Shown piece by piece: positions 24,748-36,899 of a stretch of DNA of 64,000 nt. The stretch spans positions 205,344,001 to 205,408,000 of the forward strand of contig NC_091473.1 in assembly GCF_036971445.1 (NCBI RefSeq). The letters run 5' to 3'. The translations under genes and the position numbers were made by a program. A model generated the notes under the pieces. That model did no database searches. It saw only the letters and a program-made list of their open reading frames with translations, and was not told the origin of the DNA. Numbering within the stretch: the stretch's first letter is position 1; each line of letters opens with the position of its first letter. Source of the stretch: Narcine bancroftii (Eukaryota).

Positions 24748-25169
24748 TGCATTGAGAATGAGGAAGTTGCCGTGGGTCGTGTCGCCTTTTAGCCTTGCGT
24801 GAGCAAAGACTGTTCTCTTCCTCTACGCTCTGAGAAATACGCGAGTTAAGGTGGATAAGGTTTTACGAGAGTCGATTAAATGTAGCAGTGAGAGGAATCG
24901 AATGGAAGAGGCAGGGATGTGATGGACGATGAGAGAAGGAAATGCAAGGGAGGGTGAGAGAGATCGGCGGTGAGAGATGGACCACAGTGAGCGAATGAGG
25001 GATACATTGAATGAGGAAGATGGGGGGAGTTAACGCGAGAGGATGAAAAACAAGGGAGAGAAAAGGAGAGGGAGAGAAAGAGAGAGAGGGAGAGAGGGAG
25101 AGAGATGTGGAGTATAGAGAGTGACTCGGAAACGTTAGGAGGATGGAGAAAGGAAGAGGCCGACATTAC

Positions 25170-25605
25170 CAACGTGCTCAATGATATCCTCATCCAAGCC
25201 GTTCTGGCTGGTGAGTGTCTGTCTGGTTTGTCAGAGCGTGTCCGCTAGGTTAACGTTCATTCCAGAGATGATTGATGAAGATTCAGTAATCTTGAGCTGC
25301 TGGAAGGCATGGCAGAGGATTTACAGACTGTGTCACAGAGCTGTAGTTACTAAATGAATACCTCTGCACATTTATGGTACATTAAAGATCTTGGAGAACT
25401 CCCCACCCCCACCCCAGGCATTGCTGAAAATGTACAGCTGGATCGACATGGTTCCGTTTCATAATGCGGAAGAAGTTATCGGGTTATTTTGAAGACAAAA
25501 AGACAGTTTCCACTTAACTGTCCAAGGGAGACAGAAACAGTCGTGAATCTCTGCGTCGTGCAGCCCACTATTCCAGGGCGAAGTTGGGACTGTGTAAACC
25601 ACCCT
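25170..25605 (+). pseudogene. Decayed V pseudogene
   Basis: Leader relic ending g|GTGAG at about 25210, acceptor TTCCAG at 25265, DSVI..SCSY*..LWYIK..LLKMY..VNLCVV. RSS degenerate. Confidence 0.75.
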
Positions 25606-25893
25606 GGTAAATATAAATGGGCAGTGCCACTAGGTGGCGTGCTGTTCCCCGACACCGTCCATATCAGTGCACAGGACGGAGTCCGCAATTGTGCATCCCG
25701 GGTGAGAGTTGTCTCGAAAGCGCAGCACCAAACAAGGATATTTGTCTCACTTTCCGATCCGAGACGGAGGAGAGGAATTCAGAGAAAAACGCAAAATCTG
25801 GTGGACCTCCTTTTGCGAGATATGCGTCAGAGGCAACATCTGCTGAAAAAGTGCGAGAGAAATGATAAACAAAATTCAGAGAGAAAGTAGGTG

Positions 25894-25896
<3 letters not shown>

Positions 25897-25946
<50 letters not shown>

Positions 25947-25950
25947 TGTG
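25897..25950. repeat. (GT)n microsatellite
   Basis: Directly visible. Confidence 0.95.
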
Positions 25951-26481
25951 TATGAGAGAGAGAGTGAGAGTGTGAATGAAATGGAGAGATCGTGATTGAT
26001 GAAGAAAAAGATCGCAGGAGGGAGAAAGGGGTAAAAATGGAAATTGAGGAAGAGTTTGAAAATGATTCATAATAAAAGAGACATTGAGAAAGCAAGAGGG
26101 TGAGAGTGGTAGGGGTGAGAGTGTGAGATAGAAACTGATGGGAGGGAGAGATTGCACAGCTCGCGAAAGATTAAATAAGTTTAAGGCAGGGTTGTATCCC
26201 GGTAGGAATCGCAACAGAATACGAGAAGGGGAGAGAAGGTGTAGGAAAACGAGTGAAGGTGATAGAAAGGGCGGAGCCAGAGAGATGGAGGCAGACGTGG
26301 GGTGTGGAAATATAGGCGGAAAAAGAGGTCGGAATAAGACGGGGAATGAGAAACGGCCAATTAAAACCCAGTTTTCATGGGTTCAACAACGGCACTCTCT
26401 TGAGCCTATGTGTGGGGAATGAGTCCTACTGTGGCTCCTGGATGATACACTGTTACTGAGGCGACCCCACTGTCTTATATT

Positions 26482-28185
26482 ATAGAATCATAGACCACTA
26501 CAGTACAGACGATATGCCTTTCATCACTTCAAGTCTGTGCCAAAAAATTCCAACCACCAGACCCACGGACCTGCACTCATTCCATAACACTCCAGACCTC
26601 TCCATCCATGTATACATCCAGTTTAGTTTCAAAACCTCAGAGTGAGGCCGTCATATGGGAACTCGATCACACTCCCGCCACACTCTGAGTGGATGTTCCC
26701 CCTCAACCTTTCCCCTTTCACCATAAAGCTATGTACACTTGTTATCTCTACAAATCAAAGTGGAAAGAACCTACTCAATTTTACAGTGTCTAATTGTCAT
26801 AAATTAGTAAACCTCAATCAAGCATCCCCTTATCCCTCCACACTACAAGTCCTAACCTGTTTAATCTTTCCGTGTAATTCAACTCCTGAAGATTCGAAAC
26901 ATCCTATTAAATATCTCTGCACTCTTTCAATCTTACATATACCCTTTGTATGGTTTGGCGACAGAAGTGCACACAGAACTCCAAATTTTTTTATATTTTC
27001 TATATGCTTCTCGTAGCTTATTTGCTCTTTGTTCCTTATACACACTTCACACTTTCTTCACCAGATCGCAAATGTCCTCGAAAACTAAGGTTCCCTCTGC
27101 CTGTTATCTGTGCCTCTAAACCTGAAAGGAACATGCAAAATCTGCTCTCTCAAAATTTCGCCTTTGAAAACCTTCCACTGTCTGAACACATATTTGCCAT
27201 TAAACAGATTATTCCAGTCCATTCTTCCTAGACCTTTTCTCATTTCCATAAATTGGCCTCTCACCAATTTATAATATAAACTCGAGGGCTAGAACTACCC
27301 ATGTCCGTAATTAAATTGTAATTAATGATATTATGATCACTCGAGCCAAATGTTCACCAACACATGCTTCTGTCACTTGACCAGTCTGGTTCCATATTAT
27401 GAGATCAAGTATTGCATCAGCTCTCGTTAGCACTTATATATATTGATTAAGAGATATTTCCTGAACAGATTTGAGAAACGTTAAACCACCCAGCCCTTTT
27501 ACCACATGGGAGTCCAGTCAATATATGGAAAATTAAAATCACCTACTATCCCAACTTTCTGTTTCTTACATTGGTCTGCTTACACTTCACAGATTTGCAC
27601 CTTCAATTCTCTCAGAGTATTGTACGGGCTATAATACAAACTTATCAGTGTGGCCGCACCTTACCTGTTTCTGAACTCCATACATATGGCCTCTGTAGAC
27701 GAGCCCTCTGTGCTGTCCTGTCTAAGGACTAGTCAGATTCCCTGACTAGCAATCTTTCTCCTCCCCCTTTCATCCTCCCCCATCATGTCTGAAAGAGAGA
27801 ATCATGGAGCAATGTGCTGCCAGTCCTGCTGCTCTTGAAATCCCGTCTCACTAAAGGCAATAAAGTCGTAATTCCACGTGCCAATCCACGGGTTAAAACC
27901 GCACGCATTTGCGGCAATACTCGTTGCATTGACATAAATATACCTCAGAACATTTCTATCGTGTGGAAACCTTTGATTTCTGTTTATATATGCAGTCTTC
28001 ACATGACATTTATCCACCTCCACCTCACTATCAGCTCTCACACTCTGGAATACGTCCCCTTACAAATCAAATTTTACCCACCAGAACAGCATCAGCAAAC
28101 ATGCCCGCAAGGATATATATCCCCTTGCACTTCGTATACAAACCCCCTGTCGGAGCAGGTCCCACCTTCCCCGGAAGAGAGCCGA
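26482..28185 (-). mobile_element. Internally deleted CR1 inserted at the TATA-like site of a B-family V promoter
   Basis: CR1 3' end (IERVQRY motif, TAGA-rich tail) at 26482-27000 is joined to the endonuclease region at 27075-28185. The left flank CCCACTGTCTTATAT matches the B promoters at 13978 and 19955; the right flank resumes the B 5'UTR. Confidence 0.75.
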
Positions 28186-28238
28186 ATGATATATCTATCG
28201 AGAGAGATTAAAGAAATATTCGGCAGTTCACCTTCATC

Positions 28239-28693
28239 TTGTCTTCCTCCCCATTCCGATACTTGCTGATTCTAGGGCCGTTCTGCTTGGCGAGCCTCTG
28301 TCTGATGGATCAGCTCGTGTCCCTCCCGGCTCAGCGCAATTCCTCACATATCGCACACAGCGTGTTCAGTTCCAGGCAGAAACGTAGGAATCTAGTGACC
28401 CACGGACATGGAACGGAAATCGTGGGAAGTGTCGCCGAGCTTTAGTTACCCGACAAGTGTTCCCGTATTTTTTTATAACATTGAAATTCCCGTGGAATCT
28501 TGGAAATTATTGCTGAAAATCCACGGCTCAGGAGTAGAGGGTCTGTCTCACGATTGGACGGACAGAATGAAGGGTTCCTTGGAGAAAAGGGGTCGGATAT
28601 TCTAGGTCACTATCCTGAAGCGGACGTGGCCGTTTATGTCTGTTCGGTGCGGTTTACACCCTTACCGGGAAATGGCGGAGGCACACAAAGGCT
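28239..28693 (+). pseudogene. V pseudogene, B family (duplicate of 16234-16683)
   Basis: DWTDRMKGSLEKRGRIF*..EADVAVYVCSV; heptamer broken (TACACCC) + 23 nt + ACAAAGGCT. Confidence 0.8.
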
Positions 28694-29110
28694 CATTCTG
28701 AGATGTGATGTGGATAGAGAGAAAAGGGGAGAAGGAAGACGATAGAGCGCGTTGAGGATTGAGAAAGGTTTAAGCAGGTGAACGAGTGAGACAGAGTGAG
28801 GTAGAACCGTAGAATGAATGAAGGGGTGAGACGGAGGAGTGAGGAAATGCGAGGGAGGAGATACAAAGAGGGCAGGAGAAAGACGCGGGAAGTGGACAGA
28901 GAGGGAGAAACTGAGCGAAGGACGGGGAACGAGATGGGGATTGTCTTATCAACTCAGTCTGGTTGGTTCAATCATGGGCACACTAACCAATCCTGTGTGA
29001 GGGAAACACTCTCATATCTGGTCCAGGCGTCATTTCGCTTATAACATCGCCCCACCCTTGCACAGCGGTAACACAGGGAAATCTTCGCTTTTGATCTTAA
29101 TGTGGGTACC

Positions 29111-29156
29111 ATGTCCCTCCTGAGTTGTTTGCTGATTTTGTTTGTCTTTCTGACTG
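29111..29156 (+). pseudogene. A-family leader exon (duplicate of 17100), intron interrupted by L1
   Basis: MSLLSCLLILFVFLT|g-GCGAG. The intron resumes at 33469 and runs into an N gap; no V exon is seen after it. Confidence 0.8.
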
Positions 29157-29220
29157 GCGAGACTGTCTGATGGTCAGCGACGTCTATCCATAGTCTTTTC
29201 TCTTTGTTTCTCCAGCTTTA

Positions 29221-32200
29221 TCATTTTTATTTAAATCTCGAAATTTTTTTAATCTAATAAATACGGAATAGATTGAAACAAATATTGTATACACGGAAAG
29301 ATATTCATCTTAATTGTATTTATCCTTCCCATTAAATTAATAGGTAAATATTTGCATTTAATCAAATCAGTTTTAATTTTTTTTTCATTAACGGAACATA
29401 ATTTAATTTATATTAAGATTGATAATTAACATTCAAAATTATACCCAGATATTTAATTCGATCAGTCCACTTCAAATTAATAATATTCTTATAAACTGTA
29501 TAATCTCCTTCACTTACTGGTAACATTTCACTTTTTTCCCAATTAACTTCATATACAGAAAGACATCCATATTGTATTAAACATTCCTTCAAATGCAAAA
29601 GTGACTGAGCTGGATTTGTTAAATACACCAATACGTCCTCAGCAAATAAATTAATTTTATATTTCTCATCTAAAACTTTCATACCTTGTATCTGTGTATT
29701 TTGTCTTATCAACTGTGCTAAAGGTTCAATCAGTAACGCCAACAAATCTGGTGATAAAGGACAACCTTGACGAGTTGATGGAGTTAACTTAAAAGATTCT
29801 GAAATAAAACCATTCGTCAATACTCTAGCTACCAGTTTACTATATAGAGCCCTAATCCAACCAATAAAAGAAGAAACAAACTTAAATGTCTCCAAAACTT
29901 TAAACAAAAAATTCCATTAAACTCTATCGAATGCTTTTTCTGCATCTAAGGATATCACCATTGGATGATCTAAAGATTGTCGGAATCTATTAATCAAACT
30001 AATCACTCACAAACTATTATCTGAAGCATATCAATTCTTTATAAAAAAACTCTTTGATCAATATGTATCAACTTTGTTAAAAATTTAGCTAATCCATTCG
30101 CTAATGCTTTCGGTATTATTTTATAATCTACATTTAACAACGAAATGATGATACCTTCAAAGGAACTCTATCTTTTCTTTTAGGAATTACTGTAATTAAA
30201 GCATGAGAACAAGACTCAGATAAATCATAATATTCTCCAACTTGACATAATACATCCCCAAACACTGTAGATAAATCATCATACAAACATTTATAAGATT
30301 CAACCGAAAATCCATCATCACCAGGCGATTTATCATTTGGCATTTCCAGCATAGCCATTTAAATTTCCGAATCAGTAAATAGTTCTTCTAACTCCTGCAT
30401 ATCTACATCCTCTAATATCGGTAAATTCAATTGTGATAAAAAGAAATCAATCGATCCAGTTTCTTGTTTTCCTTCAGATGTATATAACTTTTTAAAAAAT
30501 GAATAAAATTCATCATTAATCTTACGAGGTTTATAAGTAGTAAGAGAATTCCGTCTAACACCATTAATAGTCCTCAATATCTGTTCTGTCTTTAATTGCC
30601 ACGCCAGTACCTTATGTTCTTTCTCTCCCCATTCGTTATGCCATTGTTTAGTCCTATTAATCACACATTCAAATTAATAAGATTGTATGGTATTATATTT
30701 CATTTTCAATCTAGATAATTCTATTTTCTGATCTTCCGTAGCATCTTTCTGAAATTCATTTTCTAACTCATCGATCTGTTTCTCTAATTCAAGACCCTGA
30801 TTTAATCGATTCTTTTTTTTAATTTTAGAAGTATAACTAATTATTTGTCTTCTCAAATACGCTTTCTTAGCATCCCATAATACAAACGTTATTCGAACAG
30901 ATTTAGAATTTTCTTTAAAAAAATTTAATTTGTTTTTTTCAAAAAATCAATAAATTCCGTATTTTTAACAACATTGTATTAAATCTCCAACGATAAGCTA
31001 TTTGAATTTTTTCAGAAGTTTCAAATGTAAAATGTAACAGAGAATGATCTGAAATCACCCCACTTTTATATTCCACTTGTTATGTTTTCCCTTGTAAATG
31101 TGCCGATACTAAAAAGAAGTCAATCCTTGAAAACGATTCATGTCTAGATGCATAAAAGGAAAAATCTTTCTCCGTTGGATTAAGACGTCTCCAAATATCT
31201 ACAAAATTAAGATATTTCATCAACGCTTGGATTTTTTAACTTTCTTCGAAGATTTATCTAATAAAGGTTCCAAAACACAATTAAAATTACCACCAACTAA
31301 AATATTATCTTTAGCCTGTCCCAAACATACAAATGCACCCGAAATAAATACTTCATCATCTATATTTGGAGCATAAATATTAAGTAAAGTCCAAAATTCA
31401 CTAAAAATCTTACAATTCAATTTAAGAATACATCCTGCATTTTCCTCCATTGATTGTAATTTAAAGGATAATTTTTTATGTATCAAAATTGCTACACCTT
31501 TAGCTCTAGAATTAAATGAAGAAAATTATACATGCCCAACGCAATCCATTTTTAATTTCACTTTCCTTCACATTCAAATGTGTTTCTTGTAAAAAGACAA
31601 TATCAATTTTCATTTTCTTAATATACGGCAAGACTCGCTTATATTAAATCGTACTATTTAATTTTCGAACATTAAAAGTAGCAAACCTCAACTTTGAAAT
31701 ATCTACTATTATTGCTAAATACCAATAATATCTTTATATAAAACCTCAAATCAACGTATATAGGCCCTCCAATTAAAAATAAATCATAAAATTAAAAACT
31801 AAGAAAAAAGTAAAAAAAAAACAATACCCCCCACCAAAAAAAAACTACCAAAAGGTAGTTATCCCTAAACAAAAATTGGGTGTGGATCACCTGCCAGTGG
31901 CTGATCACTGGTAAAGAACTTAATGCAAATCTCCCCCTCCCCAGCCAAACAATCATTAACTTCCAAGTATCATAATAACAAAAGAAAAAATAAAATAAGA
32001 AAAATCTTCTTTTCATCCAAAGGTCTTCAGTCTCGAAGTTTCCATTTCAGAAGGAGGTGGACTCTTTCAATTCCCATTTTCACATTTCTGCCATTTCTTC
32101 CATTTCCAGAACTACAATTTTTTTGTTTAAGAGATAGTGGTGCGCTACGTCTTTGCCTCTTATATCCAGCAATGAGTCAGCAAAAATCATTGCTTCACAA

Positions 32201-33456
32201 TCAGTTTCAAAAAACGGAAATTGATAGTCTCCGTAAAAGACCTTCAACACTGCAGGGTAAGGAAAAGTAGACTTATAACCTTTATGCCACAAAACTTCTG
32301 TAACTGGATTAAATCGATGTGGACGTTGAATGACATCTTGACTCAGATCAGGATAAAAAGATGACTCTACTATTCTGAATCAATAATGGGGGTTGTCGTC
32401 TCGCATTTTATTCTGCAATTTGAAGAATTGTTTCTCTATCTAAATAACTCAGACATCAAATTATTACCAGCTGAGGGTATTCTTCTTAAAGCTCTATGGG
32501 CTCTTTCCAGTGCCAATTCCCCAGAGAAACATTATTGCCCTAATATTTGTGGAATTCAGACTTTAAAGAAACGAAGAGGGTCTTGTCCTTCTATACCTTC
32601 TGGCAAACCAACAATTTTCACATTATTCCTTCTGCTTTGATTTTCCTAATAATCTATTTTTTCTTTCTAGCTCTTTCTCATGATCTCCTAATTCTATGAC
32701 TGATTTTTCCACTTTCAACATTTTTTCTGTTAGAAGTCACTTGTTGTTTACAGTCCAAAAAAGCAGTCTGAAATTTTTAAAATTCTTCATAAGATGCATC
32801 CACACGTGTCTTAACCATATTTAATTCTGTACATATACCAGCATTCATTTGAACCATCTCATTCATTAGAGATGTCAACATAGGTTGAATAACTGCATTT
32901 AATTGCATACATTGTGAATCCGTAAATCTCAGCTCTGCTCTCTCTGACATGGTGGCAGAACAAGGTAACTGCAGCTCCTGCTGCAATTCAATTCAACAAA
33001 AGGCATTTTAAAAGATTTACTGCGGGTCTGGACTCCCAGCAACGGCATCCCGACTTCTTCAGGGAGTCGCCGCTGGTCTCCCTCCCCCCCCTGCTTCTTG
33101 TTGTCTTCTCATCCATTCGCGAACAAAAACGACTTCTTCAGATTGTAATGCTGCCTGATGCATTTCATTTTCAGCCTCTACAGGCGATCCTTGGGATTTA
33201 GGCAATGAAGAAACAGAGCCTGGGGCTGCTTAAAGTCGTCTAGGCCCCAAATCTTCAGCACTTCGAAAATGTATTTTCTTTTGAACTTGAGATTTAGTCT
33301 TTTTACCATTAGTGGCCACAATAATTTCTTAATACTTTAAACTAAAATTAAAAAAAATAAAAATCGGAAACGAAGGGTTAAAAATAGGTATTTAAAAGTC
33401 CGGCCAGAGAGGTCGAGATTGCATGTCTAGACTCTACGCCATCTTGCCACGCTCCA
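29221..33456 (-). mobile_element. L1 LINE, 5'-intact and 3'-truncated, decayed ORF1 and ORF2
   Basis: 5' end GGAGCGTGGCAAGATGGCG; ORF1 (EN.SRRNN, YPA.LKV); APE (NIYAPN, GGNFNC); RT (KSPGDDGF, TRQGCPLSP, LFAED, IKYLGI). It ends inside ORF2 after YLFQSIP. TSD TCTCCAGCTTTA at 29209-29220 and 33457-33468. Confidence 0.9.
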
Positions 33457-33963
33457 TCTCCAGCTTTAACCTAATGAAAGTTGACAAATCCCCCAAATTT
33501 TGCCCTCTCCCTTGTACGTTCTCGCTCTGCTTACTCATTTNNNNNNNNNNNNNNNNNNNNNNNNNNNNNNNNNNNNNNNNNNNNNNNNNNNNNNNNNNNN
33601 NNNNNNNNNNNNNNNNNNNNNNNNNNNNNNNNNNNNNNNNNNNNNNNNNNNNNNNNNNNNNNNNNNNNNNNNNNNNNNNNNNNNNNNNNCATTGTCATTT
33701 CCATGAGCGAGTATGAGAGAGGAAAGGAATGATAACATAAGCATTTATGGTGAACGATGGATAACTATTCACATCCACGACAAAATGTGAGAGGGGAGTG
33801 AGAGGATAAGTGAGACATCACGTGACAGAGGGAAAGAAAGGGAGACTGTGCAAAGAGAAACAAGAGAGAAAATGTCACAGTTCTTGATTCTGGACAGAGT
33901 TTTCACTGCTTTCTAACTGTTCATTGTGATCAAATTTTCAACGTGTCAATGTGTGTACATGTC

Positions 33964-34003
<40 letters not shown>

Positions 34004-34776
34004 GGTATAAAAGAGTGAAAGAAAGCTGAGTCAAGCGGTAATTGTCACACACAAGTGCAGTATGCAGATGCACCAACAATATTATTTGCTTACGCTATCG
34101 AAGTACGTACAACACAGTAATAACTAATGACTAGATAAATCCAATGAAAACTTATGATGTAATTGGATGGTTAAATATACTTAGACGGAATAAGAAAAGC
34201 CGAGAGAGAATGTCAGGCAGACGTAGTGAGACGNNNNNNNNNNNNNNNNNNNNNNNNNNNNNNNNNNNNNNNNNNNNNNNNNNNNNNNNNNNNNNNNNNN
34301 NNNNNNNNNNNNNNNNNNNNNNNNNNNNNNNNNNNNNNNNNNNNNNNNNNNNNNNNNNNNNNNNNNNNNAACAGAGAAAGTTTGAGAGATTAACTGAAAG
34401 AGAGAGAGCGAGAAAGGTGAGATAGGAATGAAACAGATAAACAGGCAGATGACCGAGTTGAGGAACGCACTGATTGTCATTATGGAACTTTCAGCTGTAG
34501 CAGACCAACCAATCCCGTATCTGGGATGCTTCCGTTGGGTCCTGAAGAGGTGAAGAGCCCTCACCCCATTTTTCGACCTTACTTAGTTCAGTTAGTAACG
34601 AAGTATGATAATTTTGAAAGCATTCCTTTGATGCTAGAACATGTCCAAAGATGGCTCTCTGCTGCTCCATAATTATAATAGTCTTTCTTCACAATGAGCT
34701 TAATCGTGAATGGTTTATACATTGTAATAATTCAGAATATATGCGGAAGCTTCACAATTGATCTGGTGTGTTACAG

Positions 34777-35075
34777 AAGCGACCGACAAAGATTTAATGT
34801 CACAGCCTTCAACTGAAATTTCTGTCCTGGAAGGGCGTTACTCCGAACTGCCGTTATTTGCCAACATCTTTACTGAAAAGTCTTCTTTGATCTATCAAAA
34901 AGCCCGACTATTTCCCAAGATATATTCGTAGAAAGCGTTCAACTCTGACGTAGTGAACCGATCTTCTGATTTCCCAGCAAGATTTTCGTCTCGCTTATAC
35001 AATGAAAATGGTACCATTACAGCTCATTTCCCAGGCGTTTGTATCCGTTTCTGTGATATATACCTGTACGGTGCC
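34777..35075 (+). pseudogene. Decayed V pseudogene (separate family)
   Basis: Acceptor TTACAG, then EATDKDLMSQPSTEISVLEG / NCRY / L*SIKKPDYFPRYIRRK / SDFPARFSS / MVPLQ.ISQAFVSVSVIYTCTV. RSS lost. Confidence 0.75.
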
Positions 35076-36899
35076 GCGAAAGATATCGTGTCCTCTACCA
35101 AATAATTCGCATTGAGAGATCATGAAAACACCCGGCAGAGAAGGTTCTCATGCAGACAGAAAGAGGAACATCCGGGAATTTCGGGATAATTCCTTCAGTG
35201 AACAAACACTCCATGCACCCTGCAGAGTAGATTTTAATTAGCTCAACTGTACCACGCAAGTGAAATCAGGGATTACTTATAGAATACGCCAGAGCCGACA
35301 ATCACAATTGTTGCAGGACATGAGTGATGATATCTGGCAAATTGGGCTACTTTTTCTTCCAGATGTCTCCAGATTCACACCGACTACAATTATGCAAAAA
35401 ATGCAGAAAATCCAAGTTTATGACTATTCAATATACAGTTTCTTTGCCTGCGTCTTCGTGGTTTTTGTATGAAACTATAAAGTGCGCCATCATACAGCCA
35501 CAGCTCGCCCACTGTGAATTCAGCAAGGGAAGAAATCCGGGACTCATTCCGTCGGTTCTGGAGGTATCTCCGTTTGAGGACGCTAAGATTGGAAAATTGA
35601 ATCTTTGCTTTGATGCTGACGGCACAGTTGGAAAGTAACAGATGTTTAAAATTGAACGCCACCCTTTCTTCTGACACTTGGCTCGCTGAGACAGACCATA
35701 GTGATCCGCTGTCTGTAATTTTAACGCCTGCAGAAATTAAAAGAATAATGCTATCTAAAAATGTTAGAAATGTGCGAGAATATGTTGCATGATAGAGAAA
35801 TTGTTACTGTCATCGGCGCCTGACATAGGAAGGCTGGCGATTTATGAACTCACCGGTGAATGGCCCTGTTACTGTACGCAAGGAGTGAATAGGAGCATGG
35901 GAATGATTTGCAAAAGCATTTGACTGTTCGTAACGGAAAGGACCGACATTGAAAGTACTGCGCACGTGCAGCCGCTTGTCATAATCTGTGCCTCTGATGA
36001 TGGATTATTGGAGCCAGAGTACAAGGAGGAGACTAACACAGGCTCACGCAGATACATTGCAAATCCTCTGTTCTCCTATGTCGAAAACAGCACAGGGTGG
36101 GACTATTCTTCTGTTCCTTTAGGAAATTGGGTGAAGTTTAAAGTCAAATGTCGAGCGAGGAACGGAAGGGAAATTAATCGATGTGTTCTTTCTTATATTC
36201 CCTATTATTTCAGATTTAAGATTTGTTCACGAATGTTCCCGAGATCATGCGGTAATTTTAACGTCGCTGCAGTCACTAAACAATCAAAATATAACTCTGC
36301 AATGCATTAAACATCTCCTTCAATATGAAGTTCAAATGATAAAGTATAATATTAGTTAATAATTAGGCTAATGTGTAACATTTTAAATACCAAGCACAGT
36401 GGTTGCGTGACGTAATGTCCTGTTTGAGGATGAAAAAGATTTGTGTTTCAACTAATAACTCAGATATAAGATTCCAGAAGTAGTGGGGGACTTTTACAAC
36501 TCACTATCTTACTTTATAAATTTACTCCAATGCAATTAAATTGTTTGATTTGTGCCTGTTCCAAGTTCCTTTAATATTTATTTTATTACCTTTGTTTTTC
36601 TTTTAATAATATTCTAATATAGCATTTGACAATAGGGTTAGGTGAAGCGAACTCCTCTACTATTTTCTTATTTCCTCTATTTTTGTATGTCACCAAAATA
36701 TTAGAATATTAATTGTGGATATGATTTACAATTTAAGTGTGTTGGTAATAAATTGAATATCCTATTTAGTTTATGTAATTGTCCACAGTATCTTACTGAA
36801 TTGTACCCTTTTTATGCAATTTATTAAAATGTATAAAAATATTTTAAAAAGAAAGGATGGTAACCTTTGACAGCACGAGTTAACAATAAGGAGCTAGAT

